A stretch of DNA of 64,000 nt from Bacteroidota bacterium (lineage in GTDB: Bacteria > Bacteroidota > Bacteroidia > AKYH767-A > OLB10), in NCBI GenBank assembly GCA_023251535.1, contig JAHEYP010000014.1, forward strand, positions 11,726-75,725, read 5' to 3'. A model generated the notes under the pieces. The model had not been told where the DNA came from. It saw only the letters and a list, made by a program, of their open reading frames with translations, and did not search any database. This document shows positions 57,340 to 64,000 of the stretch, in pieces. The first letter of the stretch is position 1. Every line of letters starts with the position of its first letter. Both the position numbers and the translations under genes were made by a program.

Positions 57340-58719
57340 TTATTGTTTAATTATTTTGTGATTATAAGTTTTTCCGTCGACATCTATTTTTATAAAATAA
57401 ATTCCTGAAGGGTATTTTTCAATGTTTATTTCTGATTCTGTAGTGTCAATTTTCTTCTCTAAAATTAATATCTTTCCTTCTGGATTAATTAATTGAATAG
57501 AACTCATTTTTAAAGGTGACTTTATCTTTATGATGCCTGATGAAGGATTAGGTGAAATTTCGAATTTAATATTATCAACATCATTTATTCCGGTTCCAAT
57601 ATTTACCGAATTACCGCATGTAGAATTGTAGAATGAATTCGATACTAGTAATGTCGGGTTATATATTCCCGCGCTTGCATATCGTTTAATGGCAGCTCGT
57701 TGAAGTATCGTTTGTCCGTCGTTACATGAATAGCTATATGCATTGGCACCTATTGATTCTACTCTAAATACACAGTAATCGGTGTGATTTGGATCAGGAG
57801 TCTCAATAAATGGCATACAGTAAATCATTGTAAGATTGTTGCTCCCCCAACCTCCTGAATTGATATCATAACCATATGTGAAGGTTGAGGATCCAATAAT
57901 GTATTGCACAGTACCATTGGTAATACTTAACACAGGATTAGTTCCTGTACTTCCTCCTCCGCTTACCCATTGATTTTGCAATGGATCGAATGTTGCATAA
58001 TGCACGCTGCCTCCTGGTGTAGCATACGCAACAACTCCATCTTGATTAACAATTGTTGGATTTACACCTGTACTTCCACCATAGGTACTCCATTGTTTTG
58101 AAATATGGCTATATGCCGCATAATGCACGCTTCCTCCAGGTGTAGCATATGCCACAATGCCTTCTGCTACACTAAGTGCCGGATTTACTCCTGTTGATCC
58201 TCCATAGGTAATCCATGCATGTTGTGAATACTCATATATGCCAAATGATACACTACCGCCGGGTGTACTGTATGCCGCAATTCCTTGGTTAAGAATAAGA
58301 GTTGGATTTGTGCCCGTAGAACCTCCATAAAAACTCCAAAATTTAATTATAGGATCATATGTCCCAAAATAAATTGATCCTCCTGTTGTAGCCCAACCTA
58401 CAACTCCATCTTTATTATGTATTACTGTGCTGCTTCCTGTGCTGGTAGATCCCGTTTTCCACTGATGCTCTTCTGTATCATATGTAGCGTATTCCACATG
58501 AGATCCGTTTGTGCCAATTACACAACCGTCTTCTATGATATAGCTGGTAATACTACTCATTTGACTAGTGATTATTCCTAAAGCTGGATCGTTTACATAA
58601 AGTTGTAAAGTGGAACCTACTAATTGCGCATTGATTACTAAGCCGTATCCGAAGTTGTTGAATTGAGCTTGAAGCAACACAGGTATGAAAATAAATAAAA
58701 GGAGTAATCGTTTTTTCAT
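57340..58719 (-). CDS. T9SS-secreted protein with 41-aa tandem repeats (putative beta-propeller)
   Basis: Signal peptide; repeats G(V/I)VAYATPGGSVHY...W..YGGSTG.NP; CTD SPNPS...GIYFIKI...HKIIKQ. Confidence 0.82.
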   Translation of the reverse strand: MKKRLLLLFIFIPVLLQAQFNNFGYGLVINAQLVGSTLQLYVNDPALGIITSQMSSITSYIIEDGCVIGTNGSHVEYATYDTEEHQWKTGSTSTGSSTVIHNKDGVVGWATTGGSIYFGTYDPIIKFWSFYGGSTGTNPTLILNQGIAAYSTPGGSVSFGIYEYSQHAWITYGGSTGVNPALSVAEGIVAYATPGGSVHYAAYSHISKQWSTYGGSTGVNPTIVNQDGVVAYATPGGSVHYATFDPLQNQWVSGGGSTGTNPVLSITNGTVQYIIGSSTFTYGYDINSGGWGSNNLTMIYCMPFIETPDPNHTDYCVFRVESIGANAYSYSCNDGQTILQRAAIKRYASAGIYNPTLLVSNSFYNSTCGNSVNIGTGINDVDNIKFEISPNPSSGIIKIKSPLKMSSIQLINPEGKILILEKKIDTTESEINIEKYPSGIYFIKIDVDGKTYNHKIIKQ

Positions 58720-58790
58720 TGGTTGGTTTTGGTAAAATAAAGATAGGAATTTTTACTTTCTCTTCGATGTTTTAAAATTATCTTTGCAAA

Positions 58791-60032
58791 ATGATGCAGG
58801 ATCCGCGACATTTATCGATACTCAATTTCACTTATGATTTACCCGATCATCGAATAGCTGCTGTGCCGCTTGAATGTCGTTCTGATTCTAAATTATTGAT
58901 TTTTAAGGGGGAAAAGATATTTTCAAGCTCGTTTTCTGTCCTGAGCAATTATCTTCCGACAAATTCGATGTTGGTTTTTAATAACACGAAAGTAATTTTA
59001 GCTCGACTCATTTTTACTCGTTCTACAGGTGCTCGTATCGAATGCTTTTGCCTTGAACCTGAAGCAGGAATTACCCCTGAAGTGTCCTTTCGAAGTAATA
59101 GTTCTTGCCGTTGGTGGGCTATGATCGGTAATGCCAAGAAATGGAAGGCCGATGAAATTATTGAAAACCGATTTTCTTTAAATGGTACGGAAATTGTTCT
59201 AACAGCTAAGAGACTTGAAGTAAAAGGTCAGGAGTCGTTGGTAGAATTTCATTGGACTCCGACCGATTTTGCTTTTAGTGAAATATTAGAAGGTACAGGT
59301 ATTTTACCACTACCTCCGTATATGAATAGAGAAGCAAATAGCGATGAGCTAGTTCGATATAATACTGTTTATGCGAAGCATGATGGATCTGTTGCTGCAC
59401 CTACTGCAGGGCTTCATTTCACCGACGAAATATTGTCTGAACTGCAAAGTAAAAATGTTGAGCTTGCTTATTTGACATTGCATGTGGGGGCAGGGACTTT
59501 CAAACCCGTGAAGTCGGATACTATGGCTGAGCATGATATGCATGCCGAAAGATTGAACTTTACCGAAGAGTTTCTTGATCGTTTAATTGCTCAAAAAGCT
59601 TCAGGAAAAGTAATTCCAGTTGGGACTACTGCCACTCGTTCTTTGGAGAGCTTGTATTGGTGGGGAGTAAAAATTTTAAATGGTACTGCTATTGGGACTG
59701 ATATCGATATTCATCAATGGGAACCTTACGATTACGATAAATCGCAACTTCCATCTACCAATGATGCTTTAACAGCAGTGAAAAATCGTCTTAATGAAAG
59801 TGGTGCTAACGAACTTACAGGGTTTACTCGTATTATTATCGCACCTGGTTATCAGTTTCGAGTAATTGATGCTTTAATCACTAATTTCCACCAGCCGCAA
59901 AGTACTTTGTTGCTCTTAGTTTCAGCTCTAGTGGGTGATGCTTGGAAAGATATTTACAAATACGCAATGGACAACGATTTTCGTTTTTTAAGTTATGGCG
60001 ATAGCTCGTTATTATTCCCTGCAAAAAAATAA
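58791..60032 (+). CDS. queA: S-adenosylmethionine:tRNA ribosyltransferase-isomerase family
   Basis: FTYDLP..RIA, VFNNTKVI.ARL, PLPPY, GSVAAPTAGLHFT, LHVGAGTFKPV, TNFHQPQSTLL, FLSYGD; TATCTTTG at 58779-58786. Confidence 0.9.
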   Translation: MMQDPRHLSILNFTYDLPDHRIAAVPLECRSDSKLLIFKGEKIFSSSFSVLSNYLPTNSMLVFNNTKVILARLIFTRSTGARIECFCLEPEAGITPEVSFRSNSSCRWWAMIGNAKKWKADEIIENRFSLNGTEIVLTAKRLEVKGQESLVEFHWTPTDFAFSEILEGTGILPLPPYMNREANSDELVRYNTVYAKHDGSVAAPTAGLHFTDEILSELQSKNVELAYLTLHVGAGTFKPVKSDTMAEHDMHAERLNFTEEFLDRLIAQKASGKVIPVGTTATRSLESLYWWGVKILNGTAIGTDIDIHQWEPYDYDKSQLPSTNDALTAVKNRLNESGANELTGFTRIIIAPGYQFRVIDALITNFHQPQSTLLLLVSALVGDAWKDIYKYAMDNDFRFLSYGDSSLLFPAKK

Positions 60033-60034
60033 TT

Positions 60035-61456
60035 TTAACATTCAGGAACGTTAACCGAAATGTTAGTTGCGAGTCCGCCTTCTGATGTTTCTTTGTATTT
60101 TGAGTTCATGTCTTTTGCTGTTTCCCACATGCTCTTGATTACATCTTCTAAACTAACTCTGGCCGATAAAGGGTCGCTTTCGATAGAAATATTCGCAGCG
60201 GTAATTGCTTTGATAGCACCCATGCTGTTTCGTTCAATACATGGTATCTGCACTAATCCTCCTATTGGGTCACATGTCAATCCTAAATGATGTTCCATCG
60301 CGATTTCAGCAGCCATCAATACTTGTCCCGGTGATCCTCCCATACATTCTACTAATCCTGCTGCTGCCATAGCACTGCTCACGCCTATTTCGGCTTGACA
60401 TCCACCCATCGCTGCGCTAATAGTTGCGTTCTTTTTGAATAGCGTTCCAATCTCTCCAGCAGTAAGTATAAAGCGTATTACTTTTTCTTCGTCAAAATCT
60501 TTTAAGAAACAGTATGCATACATTAGTACAGCAGGAATAACTCCAGCAGCTCCATTTGTTGGTGCTGTGATGATTCTTCCGAAAGATGCATTTTCTTCAT
60601 TAACTGCAAGTGCAAAACAACTGATCCATTTATTCACTAAGGTGAAATCGTGACTTTCATTTCTTATTGCTAAAATCCAACTTTCTTTATCTTCAAAAAT
60701 TCTTCCTCCAATCAGTTTGCTATTGATTTCAGCAGCACGACGCTTTACTTGCAATCCTCCAGGAAGTATTCCGTTTTTATGTGTTCCTCTCCAGATGCAA
60801 TCTTTTATCTCTTCCCAAATTCTTAACGCTTCATGCTTAATTTCAGCCTTCGGACGCCAAGCTTCTTCATTGATATACACTAAATCAGATACACTTAATT
60901 TTAATTGCTCACAATATTCTGTTATACTTCCCGGAACATGACAAGGGTAGGGAGTTGATATAGCGTGTTTGTTGATCGTGTTGTTTTCATCCGTTGCAAC
61001 AAATCCGCCGCCTACCGAATAGTAATTTCTTTCAAGTTTAGAACCATCTTTTAAATAAGCTTCGAATACCATAGTATTCGGATGTTGAGGCATGCTGATA
61101 TCTTTATGAAAGAGTAATTCTGTTTCATAATTGAATGCTAATGGTCTTTTTCCCCCTAATAGAATGTTCTTTTCAGCAACTATCTTGTCAAATCGCTCTC
61201 CAATTGTATTTGTGTCGATTGTGGTGAAATTTAATCCGCTTAAACCCATCAATAATGCAACATCGGTTCCGTGTCCTTTGCCTGTTTTTGCTAAGGATCC
61301 GTATAGATGAATTTTAATTGATTCTACTTGATTAATATCCGATAAGTGATCGATTCTCTTTAAAAACATTTCGGCAGCAATCCAAGGACCCATTGTGTGG
61401 GAGCTCGAAGGACCAATGCCTATTTTTATCATTTCGAAAACGCTGATGCTTTCCAT
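60035..61456 (-). CDS. sdaA: L-serine ammonia-lyase (Fe-S dependent)
   Basis: KIGIGPSSSHTMGP, GSLAKTGKGHGTD, APTNGAAG, GCQAEIG, GLTCDP, PCIERN, KYKETSEGGLA. Confidence 0.95.
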   Translation of the reverse strand: MESISVFEMIKIGIGPSSSHTMGPWIAAEMFLKRIDHLSDINQVESIKIHLYGSLAKTGKGHGTDVALLMGLSGLNFTTIDTNTIGERFDKIVAEKNILLGGKRPLAFNYETELLFHKDISMPQHPNTMVFEAYLKDGSKLERNYYSVGGGFVATDENNTINKHAISTPYPCHVPGSITEYCEQLKLSVSDLVYINEEAWRPKAEIKHEALRIWEEIKDCIWRGTHKNGILPGGLQVKRRAAEINSKLIGGRIFEDKESWILAIRNESHDFTLVNKWISCFALAVNEENASFGRIITAPTNGAAGVIPAVLMYAYCFLKDFDEEKVIRFILTAGEIGTLFKKNATISAAMGGCQAEIGVSSAMAAAGLVECMGGSPGQVLMAAEIAMEHHLGLTCDPIGGLVQIPCIERNSMGAIKAITAANISIESDPLSARVSLEDVIKSMWETAKDMNSKYKETSEGGLATNISVNVPEC

Positions 61457-61526
61457 TGTTTGCAATTGTTTGGGAGGGTAAATTTAGTGTTTGTACAACT
61501 ACTAACCGTTGTATTTACCGAATAAA

Positions 61527-62525
61527 TTATCGTTTGCTTTTTAATAATTTGGAAGCCATCTTTTCAGCGATGATTCCCCCTATAATCAGCTGCCCGGCAT
61601 GATAAATCATTATCGGCAAGAGGTAAATGCCTGCATAAGGACTCCCTGAAAATAGCACTTTCGACATTGTAGTGCCATGAACTAGCGATTTTTTCGATCC
61701 GCAAAAAAGGGCTGTCTTGAAGTCTTTTTCTTCAAATTGCAAATATTTACTAGCGAGCTTAATTATTCCCATTGTAGTGAAGAACATTAATAATGTAACC
61801 GCACCTAAGATGATTATCGAATTTGTTTGAATCGAAGTGAATAGATGTTGATGGAATGATTCTGCAAAAGATTGATAGATAATTAGCACTATGATTGTTT
61901 GATCAAAAAGTTTTAAACGTGATTTGTTTGTATTATAAAATGTGCTTAGTTTTTGATGCAGTATCATTCCGACAATTAACGGTGCTATTACTTGAAGTAT
62001 CAGTTTGATGATTACATCAGATAATTCAATACTTTCTCCTGGTGAAGAATGCAAATAAATACTCATTATTAGTGGCGTAATAAATACTCCTGCTAAACTT
62101 GATACTGCAGCATTGAAAATTGCTGAGGCTATATTTCCTCCGGAAATGGATACCATTACTACCGATGATGAAACGGTAGAGGGTAAACTGGCTAGAAATA
62201 TAATTCCTGTTTTTAAAACCGGATCAAAATTAGATGGTAATATGTAGGTAATTGCTAAGGCCGTTAAAGGGAAAAAGATAAAAGTGGAACCGTGAATTAA
62301 CGCATGTAAACGATAGTTTTTAAGATCACTTCGCAATACTTTTCGATCTAGTCCAATGCCATACAAAAAAAATATAACCGACACGCCAATGTTGGTTATA
62401 TTCTTTATGTTGCTTGTTATTATTTCGATGTTTGATGGCTGATAAATATAGCCAAGTAAAACAGCAGCAAAAATGCTGATTATAAATCCGTTTATACCTG
62501 CTTTTTTTAATGTATCAAACAACAT
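61527..62525 (-). CDS. Bile acid:sodium symporter family protein (YfeH-like)
   Basis: IFFLYG, LPSTVSSSV, GGN...AIFNA, FCGSKKSL, LPIMIYH. Confidence 0.88.
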   Translation of the reverse strand: MLFDTLKKAGINGFIISIFAAVLLGYIYQPSNIEIITSNIKNITNIGVSVIFFLYGIGLDRKVLRSDLKNYRLHALIHGSTFIFFPLTALAITYILPSNFDPVLKTGIIFLASLPSTVSSSVVMVSISGGNIASAIFNAAVSSLAGVFITPLIMSIYLHSSPGESIELSDVIIKLILQVIAPLIVGMILHQKLSTFYNTNKSRLKLFDQTIIVLIIYQSFAESFHQHLFTSIQTNSIIILGAVTLLMFFTTMGIIKLASKYLQFEEKDFKTALFCGSKKSLVHGTTMSKVLFSGSPYAGIYLLPIMIYHAGQLIIGGIIAEKMASKLLKSKR

Positions 62526-62527
62526 TT

Positions 62528-63733
62528 CTATCGCTTGCTATAGTTTGTTTTCTTTTTGTGTCGGAAGTCTTTTTTCGTGTTTTCTTTTGGCTCTGCTTTT
62601 TTATCTTTCTGAGTTAAAGAATTAGCACTATTCATGAACTTTATTTTTTTGCCTATGAGTTTTTCGATGTCTTTTAAACATCCTAATTCTTCGTAGTCGC
62701 AAAAGCTGATGGCCGATCCAGTTGCTCCGGCACGTCCTGTTCTTCCTATTCTGTGGACATACGTTTCAGGGACATTCGGTAAATCGAAATTGATTACGTG
62801 ACTTAAATTTTCAATATCAATTCCTCTGGCTGCGATATCCGTTGCTACTAATACTCTCGCTTCTCCTGCTTTAAATTTACTTAAAGCATTCTGACGTTGA
62901 TTTTGTGATTTATCACCGTGTATCGCCTCTGATTTAATTCCAGCTTTGTTCAAGTGTTTAGATACTCGATCTGCACCATGTTTAGTACGCGTAAATATAA
63001 TGGCTGATTGAATATGTGCTTCGCTTAACAGTGAGGTTAAGAAAGTTCGCTTTTCTTCTTTGTCAACATAATACAATTGTTGATCGATGGCTTGCACAGT
63101 ACTCGATACCGGCGTCACTTCAACATATTTAGGATGTTGTAATATGTTCTTTGCTAAGTCAGCAATTTCCATTGGCATAGTAGCAGAGAAGAATAAGGTT
63201 TGTCGCTTATTCGGTAATTTAGTTACTACTCGTCTTACGTCATTAATAAAGCCCATGTCGAGCATTCTGTCTGCTTCGTCTAATACGAAGTATTCAATAT
63301 GTTTCAAACTTACATGTCCTTGTTGCATAAGGTCAAGTAATCGTCCCGGTGTTGCAATTAATATTTCAATGCCGTTGTCGAGTGATTTTGTTTGCGGATG
63401 TTGTGAAACACCTCCGTAAATTACTAGATGTTTGATTGGTAAATGTCGACCGTATGCCGCAAAACTTTCACCTATTTGAATAGCTAATTCGCGTGTAGGC
63501 GTTAATATTAAACACTGAATATGATGAGCAGGCTTTTTGTTGTAGATAAGTTGTAAAAGAGGGATAGCAAAAGCAGCAGTTTTGCCGGTTCCTGTTTGAG
63601 CACATCCTAATAAATCGTCATGTTGTAAGATAACGGGAATAGCTTTTTCTTGTATTGGAGTAGGTTCTGTATATCCTTCTTCGCTTAAGGCTTTTAGGAT
63701 AGGAGTTATAATGTTTAGTTCTTGGAATTTCAT
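62528..63733 (-). CDS. DEAD-box RNA helicase (RhlE-like)
   Basis: PTPIQ, AQTGTGKT, PTRELA, TPGRL, DEAD, SAT, ARGID, HRIGRTGRAG; ATG 63733. Confidence 0.93.
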   Translation of the reverse strand: MKFQELNIITPILKALSEEGYTEPTPIQEKAIPVILQHDDLLGCAQTGTGKTAAFAIPLLQLIYNKKPAHHIQCLILTPTRELAIQIGESFAAYGRHLPIKHLVIYGGVSQHPQTKSLDNGIEILIATPGRLLDLMQQGHVSLKHIEYFVLDEADRMLDMGFINDVRRVVTKLPNKRQTLFFSATMPMEIADLAKNILQHPKYVEVTPVSSTVQAIDQQLYYVDKEEKRTFLTSLLSEAHIQSAIIFTRTKHGADRVSKHLNKAGIKSEAIHGDKSQNQRQNALSKFKAGEARVLVATDIAARGIDIENLSHVINFDLPNVPETYVHRIGRTGRAGATGSAISFCDYEELGCLKDIEKLIGKKIKFMNSANSLTQKDKKAEPKENTKKDFRHKKKTNYSKR

Positions 63734-63752
63734 AGAATGTTTGCACGCATTT

Positions 63753-63998
63753 TTATCGCTGTGCATTTAAGATGGATAATAGGTAATAAAGAATGGCTAC
63801 AATAGTCATTGTTTTAAGCCATAATTTGCTTTGGTATGTTTTGAATGTAAATAGAAAACTTCCTGTAAGTAACCCTAGTACTATAAATAGGGAAAGAAGA
63901 TATTCGTGTGTTGTATTTGGTGGATAGTATGTTTTGCCGTTGCTGAGTGTGTAACTTTTTAAGTAATGGAATAGGGGAGTTTCGTGAATGATAATCGG
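63753..63998 (-). CDS. C-terminal fragment of a membrane protein (5' truncated by window edge)
   Basis: Manual translation gives open frame PIIIHETPLF...LLSLFIVLGLLTGSFLF...IVAILYYLLSILNAQR* with two hydrophobic segments; not in ORF track. Confidence 0.55.
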   Translation of the reverse strand, partial: PIIIHETPLFHYLKSYTLSNGKTYYPPNTTHEYLLSLFIVLGLLTGSFLFTFKTYQSKLWLKTMTIVAILYYLLSILNAQR

Positions 63999-64000
63999 CA

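Noticed and set aside
57838..58527. CRISPR-like or non-coding repeat array
   Set aside because: The 123-bp periodicity is in-frame coding repeat with synonymous variation; no identical repeats with spacers and no cas genes

Overview
AT-rich bacterial chromosomal segment from a Bacteroidota organism. This assignment rests on many TAnnTTTG (-7) promoter elements, type IX secretion (T9SS) C-terminal domains, a PorE-like OmpA protein and a CzcA-TolC fusion. It holds about 50 densely packed CDSs. Housekeeping genes include folK, a deoxynucleoside kinase, typA, an lpxD-like gene, rnhB, queA, sdaA and a DEAD-box helicase. It also carries peptidases (S9, M61, M13), a LytS/LytTR pair, polysaccharide export genes (flippase, Wzz, O-antigen ligase family), metal handling genes (MbnP-family lipoprotein, TonB receptor, CzcA/CzcB) and five T9SS cargo proteins. 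No rRNA, tRNA, CRISPR array or intact mobile element was recognised. The most interesting locus is 45.7-54.9 kb. There a putative short-chain carboxylate uptake/activation cluster (porin, MHS-type MFS, CrbS-like SLC5-histidine kinase, stand-alone receiver, propionyl/acetyl-CoA synthetase) has no conventional DNA-binding regulator. It is instead headed by an IS1 InsA-like Zn-ribbon/HTH gene with no transposase catalytic part, flanked by three copies of a 14-bp box, suggesting a domesticated transposase-derived transcription factor. A second theme is two small leader ORFs ending in polyproline motifs (TPPPQ, WQPPR), each followed by a hairpin and a predicted metal-related transport gene, resembling ribosome-stalling metal sensors. 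All functional calls are from motif recognition by eye; no searches were run.
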